A DNA stretch of 64,000 nucleotides, taken from positions 800,001 through 864,000 of the forward strand of contig CAVUMN010000004.1 of assembly GCA_963742735.1 (NCBI GenBank). Reading direction: 5' to 3'. The notes under the pieces were generated by a model. That model did no database searches and was not told the origin of the DNA. It saw nothing but the letters and a program-made list of their open reading frames with translations. Shown here piece after piece: positions 27,068-36,075 of this stretch. Both the position numbers and the translations under genes were made by a program. This DNA is from an uncultured Actinomycetes bacterium (lineage in GTDB: Bacteria; Actinomycetota; UBA4738; JBBDTT01). Numbering within the stretch: position 1 is the first letter of the stretch; every line of letters begins with the position of its first letter.

Positions 27068-29145
27068 GCGCTTCGCAGGAGCCCCTCGACCTCCACCGGT
27101 TCTTCCACCCGAAGTCGATCGCGCTGATCGGGGCGACCGACGACAAGCGCCGCGCGGGCTACGCGCTGTTCCTGAAGGTCCGCGAGCGGGGCGAGCGGGA
27201 GGGCACGGTCGTCTACCCCGTGAACCCGCGGCTCGAGGAGCTCGACGGGGTGAAGTGCTACCCGAGCCTGGCCGAGGTGCCGGGCGAGGTCGACGTCGCG
27301 GTGATCATGATCGGCGACGCCGAGCGGGGGCTGCGCGACGCCGTCGCCAAGGGCGCGGCGTTCGCGATCATCTTCACGGCCGGGTTCGCCGAGATGGGCG
27401 AGGCGGGCGCGGCCAAGGAGCGCGAGCTGGCCGAGATCGCCCGCGAGGGCGGCGTCCGCCTGTTCGGCCCGAACACCAACCTCAACGCGTTCGAGACGTT
27501 CCCGGAGACCGACGAGCGCAAGCTGGCCCTGGTCACCCAGTCGGGCCACCAGGGGCGGCCGATCGCGCAGGGGACCGACCTGGGGATCGGCGTCGCCTAC
27601 TGGGCGCCGACCGGCAACGAGGCCGACCTGGAGTTCGCCGACTTCGTCGAGTACTTCGTCGACCAGCCCGAGGTCGCCGTGGTCGCCGCGTACATCGAGG
27701 GGTTCAAGTCGATCCCGCGGTTCCGCGAGGCGGCCGACAGGGCCATGGCCGCCGGGAAGCCGCTGGTGATCGTGAAGGTCGGTCGCAGCGAGCCGGGCCA
27801 GCGGATGGCCCTCGCCCACACCGGCCACATGACCGGCTCGGACCAGGTGACCGACGCCTTCTTCGACCAGTACGGGGTGATCCGCGTCGACGACCTGGAC
27901 GAGCTTCTGGAGACCTCGGCGCTGTTCACGCGGACGAAGGAGCCGGAGGGCGACGGGCTCGGGATCTACGCGATCTCCGGCGGGACCGGCGCGCTCATGG
28001 CCGACCTGGCCGGCTGGGCCGGGCTGCGGATCCCGGCCCTCACCGAGGAGACCCAGGCCCAGCTCCGCGAGCTGATCCCCGAGTACCTCACGGTCGCGAA
28101 CCCGGTCGACAACGGCGCGCAGACCGTGAAGGGCGGCATGAACAAGCGGCTGATGGACATCACCCTGGCCGACCCGAACGTCGGGGTCCTGGTGTGTCCG
28201 ATCACCGGCGTGCTGCCCTCGATGTCGAAGATCGTCACGACCGACATCGTCGAGTCGTACCGCGACAACGAGAAGCCGGTGATCGTGATCTGGGGTTCGC
28301 CGGTGGTCGACGACGAGGGCTACCGGATCCTGGTCGAGGGCAACGTCCCGATGTTCCGCTCGTTCCGCGCCTGCGCGATCGGGCTCAAGCGGTACCTGGG
28401 CTACTGGGAGAAGCGGAAGGCCCACGAGGTCCACGAGGTCGCCGAGCCGAACGTCCCCGCGGCGCTGGCCGAGGTGCTCGCGGGAGACGGCGCGCTGTCC
28501 GAGCTCGAGTCGGCGCAGGTGGCGGCGGCGTACGGGATCCCGGTGGCCGGCTCGACCCTGGTGGGCAGCGCCGACGCCGCGGTCCAGGCCGCAGCCGACG
28601 CCGGCTACCCGGTGGTCCTCAAGGCCTGCGGCCGGGGGATCCTCCACAAGTCCGACGCGGGGCTCGTGCGGCTCGGGCTGACCGACGATCCGGCGGTTCG
28701 CGCCGCGTACGAGGAGCTCGCCGGGGCCGGCCGGGCCGCCGCGGGCGAGGACGGCTTCGACGGCGTCCTGGTGCAGGAGATGGTGGCCGGCGGCGAGGAG
28801 GTCATCGTCGGCGTCAGCCGGGACCCGCAGTACGGACCGGTGGTGCTGTTCGGCCTCGGCGGCGTCTTCACCGAGGTCATTCAGGACGTCGCGCTTCGGG
28901 TCGCGCCGCTCACCCGCCGCGACGCCCACGAGATGATCCGCCAGATCAAGGGCTTCCCGGTCCTCGACGGCGCCCGCGGCCGTCCCAGGGCCGACGTCGC
29001 CGCCCTCGAGGACCTCATCCTCAACGTCTCGCGTATGGCGATGGACCTCCGCGAACGCGTCCAGGAGCTCGACCTGAACCCCGTCCGCGTCCGCCCCGAG
29101 GGCATGGGCGTCGTCGCCCTCGACGCCCTGGTCGTCCGGAGGTAG
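27064..29145 (+). CDS. Acyl-CoA synthetase (ADP-forming) family, fused alpha/beta
   Basis: PKSIALIGA, GPN, QSG, AHTG phospho-His, HKSDAG and LDLNPV motifs. Confidence 0.92.
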   Translation: MSASQEPLDLHRFFHPKSIALIGATDDKRRAGYALFLKVRERGEREGTVVYPVNPRLEELDGVKCYPSLAEVPGEVDVAVIMIGDAERGLRDAVAKGAAFAIIFTAGFAEMGEAGAAKERELAEIAREGGVRLFGPNTNLNAFETFPETDERKLALVTQSGHQGRPIAQGTDLGIGVAYWAPTGNEADLEFADFVEYFVDQPEVAVVAAYIEGFKSIPRFREAADRAMAAGKPLVIVKVGRSEPGQRMALAHTGHMTGSDQVTDAFFDQYGVIRVDDLDELLETSALFTRTKEPEGDGLGIYAISGGTGALMADLAGWAGLRIPALTEETQAQLRELIPEYLTVANPVDNGAQTVKGGMNKRLMDITLADPNVGVLVCPITGVLPSMSKIVTTDIVESYRDNEKPVIVIWGSPVVDDEGYRILVEGNVPMFRSFRACAIGLKRYLGYWEKRKAHEVHEVAEPNVPAALAEVLAGDGALSELESAQVAAAYGIPVAGSTLVGSADAAVQAAADAGYPVVLKACGRGILHKSDAGLVRLGLTDDPAVRAAYEELAGAGRAAAGEDGFDGVLVQEMVAGGEEVIVGVSRDPQYGPVVLFGLGGVFTEVIQDVALRVAPLTRRDAHEMIRQIKGFPVLDGARGRPRADVAALEDLILNVSRMAMDLRERVQELDLNPVRVRPEGMGVVALDALVVRR

Positions 29146-29147
29146 CC

Positions 29148-29489
29148 GTGCTGGGCGGGTACGTCGCCGCCGCGCTCCTCACCCTCTCCGGGCTTGCCGG
29201 CGTCCTGATCCCCGACCGCGTCGCGACCGCGCTCCTGACGCGATTCGAGGGCGCGCGGGGACGCCTCGAGTTCCGAGTCGCCTACGCGACGTTCGTGGGG
29301 CTCGGGGCCTGGGCGCTGGCGGTGGGTGACCGCGAGGTCTTCATCGGCATCGGCTTCCTCTGGTTCGCAGCGGCCGCCGTTCGACTCGCCTTCACGGTGG
29401 TGGACCGCCCGAAGATCGACACGACGTACTGGGCGTACCTCGCACTCGAGCTCGGCCTCGGCGCCGCCGGCGTCTTCGGCTCCGGCTAG
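29148..29489 (+). CDS. Small membrane protein (DUF4345-like)
   Basis: Four hydrophobic segments; GRLEFRVAY motif. Confidence 0.65.
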   Translation: MLGGYVAAALLTLSGLAGVLIPDRVATALLTRFEGARGRLEFRVAYATFVGLGAWALAVGDREVFIGIGFLWFAAAAVRLAFTVVDRPKIDTTYWAYLALELGLGAAGVFGSG

Positions 29490-30646
29490 CCCCGAGGGAG
29501 GCCGAGGGCTCGCTCGGCGAGGATGTTCTTCTGCACCTCCGTGGTGCCGGCGCCGATGGTGGTCATGCGCATGAACAGCTCGTCGCGGGCCCAGCGGCCG
29601 TCGTCGGTGGCACGCGGGTCCCCGCGGAGGCGAAGACCGTCCGCGCCCAGTCCCTCCATAGACAGCTCGGCGAGGTCCTGCGAGGCGGTGGACCACAGCA
29701 GCTTGCCGAGCGAGACCTCGGGCCACGGCGGCTCACCCCGGGTGGCCTTGGTCACCGCGCGGAGGGCGATCAGCCGGATGATCTCGATGTCGGTGGCCAG
29801 CTTGGCGAGGTGCTGGTCCATCACCCGGCGCGCGACCGGGTCCGACGGCCACATCTCGGGTCGGGCCATCAGCGCGTCCAGGCGCTGGCGCAGCTGCACC
29901 CCATAGGTCACGGTCCCCACGCGCTCGTGGGTGAGCGTCGACATGGCGACGCGCCACCCGGCGCCCTCGTCGCCGACGCGGTCGGCCGCCGGGACGCGGA
30001 CGCCGCTGAAGAACACCTCGTCGAACTCCTCGCCGCCGGCCATGTCCCGGATCGGCCGGGCGTCGACTCCGTCGGCGTGCATGTCCACGACGATCAACGT
30101 CAGGCCTTCGTGCCGGGGACCCGGCTCCCCGGTCCTGCAGAGCAGGAAACACCGGTCGGCGCGGTGGGCGTTGGAGGTCCACACCTTCTGGCCGTTGACG
30201 ACGTAGTCGTCGCCGTCGGGGACGGCGCGGGTCTGCAGCGCCGCCAGGTCGCTCCCCGCGGCGGGCTCGCTGAACCCCTGGCACCAGATCTCGTCCGCGG
30301 AGAGCATCCCCGGGAGCCACCGGCGCTTCTGCTCGTCGGTGCCGTGCTCCAGCAGGGTCGGCCCGATGTTCCACACGCCGATCGCGTTGACGATCGTCGG
30401 CGCCGAGGCCAGGGCGAGCTCCTCCTGGTAGACGACGAGCTGCCCGATGGTGGCGTCCCGGCCCCCCCACTCGGCCGGCCAGCCCGGGGCGGCCCAACCG
30501 TCGCGGTGCATCGTGGCTTGCCACGCGCGGCGGAACGCGAAGGCCTCGTCGGGATCGCGGGGGGTCTCACCGGGATGGTTCGCCCCGAGCCACTCGCGAA
30601 CGAGCGAACGGAGCTCGGCGTCCGCCGGCGCGTCGTCGAAGTTCAC
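29486..30646 (-). CDS. Acyl-CoA dehydrogenase, alpha-subunit type
   Basis: WCQGFSEPAAGSDLA, GQKVWTS and IGAGTTEVQKNI motifs. Confidence 0.93.
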   Translation of the reverse strand: MNFDDAPADAELRSLVREWLGANHPGETPRDPDEAFAFRRAWQATMHRDGWAAPGWPAEWGGRDATIGQLVVYQEELALASAPTIVNAIGVWNIGPTLLEHGTDEQKRRWLPGMLSADEIWCQGFSEPAAGSDLAALQTRAVPDGDDYVVNGQKVWTSNAHRADRCFLLCRTGEPGPRHEGLTLIVVDMHADGVDARPIRDMAGGEEFDEVFFSGVRVPAADRVGDEGAGWRVAMSTLTHERVGTVTYGVQLRQRLDALMARPEMWPSDPVARRVMDQHLAKLATDIEIIRLIALRAVTKATRGEPPWPEVSLGKLLWSTASQDLAELSMEGLGADGLRLRGDPRATDDGRWARDELFMRMTTIGAGTTEVQKNILAERALGLPRG

Positions 30647-31902
30647 GCGGGCCTCCGGTCGACCATACGGCCGGCGTCCTCGCCGACCGTTCCGGCGGGG
30701 ACCGCGACGACCTCCGTTCGCACACGGACGGTCCCCTTCAGCCGGTCGGCCAGCCGCTCACGTGCGGCCTCGTCGAGGCGGCCCTCGACCTCGACCGCGA
30801 ACCGATCGAGGCCCTTCGCGTCGTGATCCACGATCGCCCGCCAGACCGGGGCGTCGCCGTCGCGCTCCAGCGCCTCCGCGACCTGCTCCGGGTAGACGAA
30901 CATCCCTCGCACCTTTCTCGCCTCGTCGATCCGGCCCATGAAGCGGAACCGCTGGGCCGTGCGCCCGCAGGCACACGGCTCGTCCACGAGCATCCCCCGG
31001 TCGCCGTTGCAGAAGCGCAGGAGCGGCCGGTAGGGGTTGTACACGGTTGCGGTGACCGCGCCCGGCTCGCCGCTCGGCAGCGGGTCGCCCGAGGACGGGT
31101 CGGTGATCTCCAGGATCATCATCTCGGGCACGTGCATGCCGTCGGCCGCCCAGCACTCGAAGCAGGGGAGGAGCCCGTCGGCCGAGCCGTAGAGCTGACG
31201 GACCATGGCACCCGTCGCGTTCTCCAGGGCCGCCCGCCGCCCCTCCGTGAGCGTCTCGGCGGTGGTCAGCGCCGCCGCCAGCGAGAACTCGCGTGACGGG
31301 TCAACCCCGAGCTCCACGGCCTTGGCCACGATGATCTGCAGGAACGAGGGCGTGCCCAGGTAGCCGGTGACGGCCACGTCGCGAAGGATCTGGACCTGCA
31401 GGTCCGTGTTCCCAGTGCCCGCCGGGATCACGGCGCACCCGAAGGCCCCCATCGCCTCGTCGAACATGATCCCGGCCGGCGTCAGGTGGTACGTGAACGT
31501 GTTCAGCACGATGTCGTCGGGGCGCAGCCCGATCGCGAAGAACACCTTGAGCAGCGGGTTCATCGACTGCGGGATCTCGCCGTAGGCGTAGAACTGCGGG
31601 CCGGGCGAGACGAAGATCCTGCGGGCCTCGCCGTACGGGACGGTCATGAACGACTCGCCCAGCTCCCCGGTCGTCTCGGCCTTGCGCGTGACCGGGATCC
31701 TCGCCAGGTCGTCGAGCGTCCGCACGCCGTCCGGCGTCAGGCCGGCCTGGTCGAGCTTCGCGCGATACGTCGGTGAGCCCTCGTAGCAGTAGGGCACGAT
31801 CGTGGCGAGCAGCCCTTCCTGCAGGGAGCGGATCTCCTCGCGGGGACGGGTCTCGGCGGCCTCGTCGTAGAACCCCCGGAGCCGGCCCGGGTCGCGGGTC
31901 AT
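30643..31902 (-). CDS. Phenylacetate-CoA ligase-like protein
   Basis: TLDDLARIPVTRK, IFVSPGP, PAGTGNT and KVRGMFVYP motifs. Confidence 0.88.
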   Translation of the reverse strand: MTRDPGRLRGFYDEAAETRPREEIRSLQEGLLATIVPYCYEGSPTYRAKLDQAGLTPDGVRTLDDLARIPVTRKAETTGELGESFMTVPYGEARRIFVSPGPQFYAYGEIPQSMNPLLKVFFAIGLRPDDIVLNTFTYHLTPAGIMFDEAMGAFGCAVIPAGTGNTDLQVQILRDVAVTGYLGTPSFLQIIVAKAVELGVDPSREFSLAAALTTAETLTEGRRAALENATGAMVRQLYGSADGLLPCFECWAADGMHVPEMMILEITDPSSGDPLPSGEPGAVTATVYNPYRPLLRFCNGDRGMLVDEPCACGRTAQRFRFMGRIDEARKVRGMFVYPEQVAEALERDGDAPVWRAIVDHDAKGLDRFAVEVEGRLDEAARERLADRLKGTVRVRTEVVAVPAGTVGEDAGRMVDRRPA

Positions 31903-32567
31903 GTCAGGTCTTGGGTCCGGTAGAACTGAAAGACCTGCGAGAAGAACTGCTGGGTCTCCTCCGGAAGCTCGGCCGGGCCCCCGAGCATCTGGGTGTACAG
32001 GAGGGTCTCCGCGGCGCGCTCGACCTGCCGGGCCACCATCAGCGCCTTCGGGAGGGTCGTCCCCACGGTGACCAGGCCGTGGGACGCCAGGAACACGGCG
32101 TTCGAGTCCTCGCCCAGCGCCCCCTGGACGCCCTCCGCGATCTCCTCCGAGCCCGACATCGCGTACGGCGCGACGCGGACCTCCCTGCCGACGTACACCC
32201 CGAACTCGTCGAGGAACGCGGGGAGCGGCTTGCGCGCGGCCGCGAACGCGGTCGCGACCCTCGGGTGGGAGTGGATGACCCCGTTCACCTCGGGCCGAAG
32301 CGTGTAGCAGGCCAGGTGGACCTTGTGCTCGACCGAGGCGAGGCGGCTGCCCTCGACGACCTCGCCCGCGAGGTCCATGACGATCAGGTCCTCCGGTCCG
32401 ATCTCGCCGTACGGGACGGTCGACGGGGTGATGAGCATGCCCGCCTCGACACGGTGGCTGACGTTGCCCGACGTGCCGATGGTCAGATCGAGGGCCTCGA
32501 ACTCCCGCGCCACGCGCACGACCTCGGCCCGCTCGGCCTCGTACGTGGTCGTCATCTCCTCGCCCAT
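31899..32567 (-). CDS. Class II aldolase (L-fuculose-phosphate aldolase-like)
   Basis: GTSGNVS, ITPS, SVE...H, IHSHP and HG motifs. Confidence 0.9.
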   Translation of the reverse strand: MGEEMTTTYEAERAEVVRVAREFEALDLTIGTSGNVSHRVEAGMLITPSTVPYGEIGPEDLIVMDLAGEVVEGSRLASVEHKVHLACYTLRPEVNGVIHSHPRVATAFAAARKPLPAFLDEFGVYVGREVRVAPYAMSGSEEIAEGVQGALGEDSNAVFLASHGLVTVGTTLPKALMVARQVERAAETLLYTQMLGGPAELPEETQQFFSQVFQFYRTQDLT

Positions 32568-32574
32568 CTCGGCG

Positions 32575-34059
32575 TCATCCTGTCATGCCGCTCACCCGCA
32601 GCGACGTGGCGTCGAGGCGGTCCACGGCCTCGCGCCACGACCCGTAGGCGCTCGCCGTGTCGCCCCACGACGGCTCGGGTTCCACGGTCTGGCCCGGGTC
32701 CGCCATGGCCTCCACCGCCTCGGCGACGCCGGCGTGGGCGCCGGCGCCCACCGCCGCCAGGATCGCGGCTCCCCGGCCCGACGCGTCCGGCGAGGTGGCG
32801 GCGCGAACGGGGCGTCCCAGCGCCGCCGCCAGGACCCTCACGAACGTCTCCGAGCGAGCGATCCCGCCGGCCACGGCGACCGAGCTCGGCTCGCCCCCGA
32901 CCTCCGCGGTCCACTCGAGTCCCGCCCTCGCCGCGAAGGCCACCCCCTCGATCACCGCCCGGGCCACGTCCTCCCGGGGCCGGGCCAGGGCCAGCAGCGG
33001 CGCGGCGAACGTGAGCGCGCCCGTGCGCAGGAGCGGGAAGTCGCCCACGCGACTGGCGACGGGATCGACGAATGCGACCCCGCCCGAACCGGGCTGGCCC
33101 GCGGCCGCCAGCGCGTCGAGCTCCCCGTGGGTCGCGCCCATGACGTCGGCGAACCACGACAGCGCCGCGCCCGAGCCGCCGCAGTGGGCCTCCAGGACGA
33201 ACCCCCCCGCGGGATGCGGCGAAGTCCACAGCCGCATCTCGGGATCGATCGCCGGCTCCGCCGAGACCTGCTCGGCCAGCATGGTGGTGCCGGCCACCAC
33301 GATGGCCTCGCCGGGGGACGTGACCCCCAGCGCGAGGGCGGCGACCTGGGTGTCGGCCCCGGCCGGGACGACGGGGAGCCCGGCCGGCAGGCCGAACCGC
33401 CCTGCGGCGTCGGCGGTGACCTCGCCGGCCGCCGCGCCGGACGCCAGGATCGGCGGCAGGATCGCCGGGGGCACGCCGAGGGCCTCGCCGAGCTCCGCGC
33501 TCCACGTCCCGGCGGCCAGGTCGTACACGAGCATCTCCGCGGCCTGGGTCGGCTCGGTGGCCGCCACGCCGGTCAGGACGTGAACGAGCCAGTCGCTGAA
33601 CGCGAGGGCGGTTCGGACGCGCTCGTGGACCTCGGGGCGGTACGCGCGGAACCACGCCAGCCGCGCGGGGAGATACAGCAACACGGGGAGCCGGCCCGCG
33701 GTCCGGTAGACGAGGTCGCGATGGTCCTTCTCCATCCCCAGGCCCTCGGCGACCTGGCGGCCGTCGGCGTTCGGTCCCGAGTAGAGGACCTCGCCGGCCT
33801 CGTCCAGGAACACCACGCCGGTCCGCTGCGAGGTCACCCCGACCGCGCGAAGCTCGGCCACGTCCACCTGGGCGACGGCCTCCTTCGCCGCCTCGGCGAG
33901 CGCCGTGAGGGCGATCGCCGGCTCCAGCTCGCACATCCCGAGGTTCTCGGTGGTGTAGGTCCACGGCCGGCCGGCCGACGCGACGGTGGTCCCTCGCTCG
34001 TCGACGATCAGGCAGCGGCCGCCACTGGTCCCGAGGTCGAGCCCGGCGAACAGGCTCAC
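32575..34059 (-). CDS. FGGY carbohydrate kinase (LsrK/YoaC-like)
   Basis: GLDLGTSGGRCLI, TSQR.G...N.D.R, GADTQ and AGG motifs; GTGA overlap. Confidence 0.88.
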   Translation of the reverse strand: MSLFAGLDLGTSGGRCLIVDERGTTVASAGRPWTYTTENLGMCELEPAIALTALAEAAKEAVAQVDVAELRAVGVTSQRTGVVFLDEAGEVLYSGPNADGRQVAEGLGMEKDHRDLVYRTAGRLPVLLYLPARLAWFRAYRPEVHERVRTALAFSDWLVHVLTGVAATEPTQAAEMLVYDLAAGTWSAELGEALGVPPAILPPILASGAAAGEVTADAAGRFGLPAGLPVVPAGADTQVAALALGVTSPGEAIVVAGTTMLAEQVSAEPAIDPEMRLWTSPHPAGGFVLEAHCGGSGAALSWFADVMGATHGELDALAAAGQPGSGGVAFVDPVASRVGDFPLLRTGALTFAAPLLALARPREDVARAVIEGVAFAARAGLEWTAEVGGEPSSVAVAGGIARSETFVRVLAAALGRPVRAATSPDASGRGAAILAAVGAGAHAGVAEAVEAMADPGQTVEPEPSWGDTASAYGSWREAVDRLDATSLRVSGMTG

Positions 34060-35063
34060 CGCGCCGCGAGGAACCCCGTGAGGGCGTCGGGGTTCGCCAC
34101 GTTGCGCGGGCTGCCGCCGTCCAGGAGCGTCCGCAGCCCGTCGGCCATCGCGTTCGTGTGGTTGATGACGGTCTCGTCGGTCGAGCCGCCGATGTGGGGG
34201 GTGAGGACGACGTTGGACATCGAGACGAGCGGGTGGTCGGGGGGAAGGAACTCGCCCTCGAAGTGGTCGAACGCCGCGCCGGCCAGGCGGCCGCTGCGCA
34301 GTGCGTCCAGCATCGGGGCCTCCTGGACGATCGCGTACCGAGCCGAGTTCACCAGGTACGCGCCGGGCTTCATCTTCGCGATCTCGGCCTCGCCGATCAT
34401 GCCCTTGGTCTCGTCGGTGACCAGGGCGTGGATCGACACGACGTCGGACGCGGCGAGCATCTCGTCCATCTCCAACAGCTCGATGTCCTCCTCCCGGAGG
34501 ACCTCGGCGTTCGCGTACGGGTCGAACGCGACCACTCGCGAGCCGAGGGCGACCAGACGGCGGCCCACGGCCCGCCCGACCTGTCCCGCGCCGACCAGGC
34601 CGATCGTCAGGCTGGAGAGCTCCCGGGCCCAGTAGCGGCGCTGGGCGATGCCCTCCTCGGTCACCCACCGCGAGCCGCGGACGTCGTCGTCGGAGGCCAC
34701 GATGCCCCGGGTCACCGCGATGATCAGGCCGAGGGTGAGCTCGGCCACCGCGTTCGCGTTGCGTCCCGGCGCGACGAGGACGGGGATGCCCGCTCGGGTC
34801 GCCGCGTCGAGGTCGATGTTCACCGGATCCCCGCGCGTCGCGCCGATCACGCGCAGCACGCCGGCGCCCTCGATGACCTCGCCCCCGACCCGGTCGGCCT
34901 CGACGATGAGGACCTCGACGCCGTCCAGGCGCGCCACGAGCTCGTCGGGCGGGTGGAGCCTGATGGACGGTGTGGCGTTCCAGGGGTCGAGCTCCAGCTC
35001 GCCCATGGACCGAAGCGCGTCCAGCCCGGGGCCCTGGAGCGACGCCAGCGACAGCATCTTCAT
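34056..35063 (-). CDS. D-isomer-specific 2-hydroxyacid dehydrogenase (YoaD-like)
   Basis: RGDPVNID, PGRNANAVAE, GAGQVG, VNSAR and TPHIGG motifs. Confidence 0.9.
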   Translation of the reverse strand: MKMLSLASLQGPGLDALRSMGELELDPWNATPSIRLHPPDELVARLDGVEVLIVEADRVGGEVIEGAGVLRVIGATRGDPVNIDLDAATRAGIPVLVAPGRNANAVAELTLGLIIAVTRGIVASDDDVRGSRWVTEEGIAQRRYWARELSSLTIGLVGAGQVGRAVGRRLVALGSRVVAFDPYANAEVLREEDIELLEMDEMLAASDVVSIHALVTDETKGMIGEAEIAKMKPGAYLVNSARYAIVQEAPMLDALRSGRLAGAAFDHFEGEFLPPDHPLVSMSNVVLTPHIGGSTDETVINHTNAMADGLRTLLDGGSPRNVANPDALTGFLAAR

Positions 35064-35100
35064 CGCGCCGGAGCGTATCGGAACCCCTATCCTGCGGCCC

Positions 35101-36075
35101 GTGCGGATCGTCCGTCAGATCGCGCGAGTCCTCCTCAGCCTCCTGCTGATCTTCGCGCTCCTGGTGGGGTACCTGTTCTGGACCACGCCCGGTCCCCGCG
35201 AGACCCAGGGATGGGACCGGCTCGACGATCTGGACGCGGGCCGGGGCGAGGCAGCCTCGGCGGTGGCCGAGGGCAGGCGTCTCTACGTGATCGGCGGGCT
35301 CCAGGGGGCGTTCGCGTCGGCATCCGACCGGGTCGACGTCTACGACGCCACGACGGGCACCTGGTCGCGGGCGCCCTCGCTCCCCGAGGCGCGTCACCAC
35401 CCGGCCGCCGCGGCCCTGGGGGGAACGATCTACGTGACCGGCGGCTCGAAGAAGGCGACCGACTGGAGCCCCGAGACCAACGCCTGGCGCCTCTTGCCCG
35501 GGGCCGACGCCTGGGAGCCGATCCAGCCGTTGCCCGAGGGCCGGATGGGTCACCAGATGGTGGGGTTCGACGGCCGCCTGTTCGCCGTGGGCGGCCGCGG
35601 CGGCGCCGACGTCCTCGTCTACGACCCCGACGGCGGCTGGACACGGGGCGCCCCGATCCCGCAGCCGCGGGACCATCTCGCGGTCGTCGAGAGTGGCGGG
35701 CGCCTGTTCGCGATCGGCGGCCGCGACGACGAGATCCGCGCGCGCGTCGACGCCTACGACGTCCTTGCCGACCGGTGGACCGAGGAGCCGCCGGACCTGC
35801 CGATCCCCATGAGCGCGATGGCCGCGGGCGTGCTCGCCGACGGCATCCACGTGGTGGGGGGCGAGGACCCACAGACGGTCGGCGGCGGCGTGATCGAGGC
35901 GCACTGGGTGCTGGGGGACGACGACTGGGTCGAGGCCCCGCTCCCGATCGTGGCCACCCACGGATCGGCGTTCGGCGTCATCGACGGGTCGCTCGTGATC
36001 GCCGGCGGGGCTCGTCGTCAGGGCGCGTGGTCCGTCCTGGGCTGGACCGGGATCACCCAGTGGTTCGCCGGCTAG
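35101..36075 (+). CDS. Membrane-anchored Kelch-repeat protein
   Basis: N-terminal TM segment; six GG...YD...W kelch repeats; TATCCT-N7-GTG start. Confidence 0.88.
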   Translation: MRIVRQIARVLLSLLLIFALLVGYLFWTTPGPRETQGWDRLDDLDAGRGEAASAVAEGRRLYVIGGLQGAFASASDRVDVYDATTGTWSRAPSLPEARHHPAAAALGGTIYVTGGSKKATDWSPETNAWRLLPGADAWEPIQPLPEGRMGHQMVGFDGRLFAVGGRGGADVLVYDPDGGWTRGAPIPQPRDHLAVVESGGRLFAIGGRDDEIRARVDAYDVLADRWTEEPPDLPIPMSAMAAGVLADGIHVVGGEDPQTVGGGVIEAHWVLGDDDWVEAPLPIVATHGSAFGVIDGSLVIAGGARRQGAWSVLGWTGITQWFAG

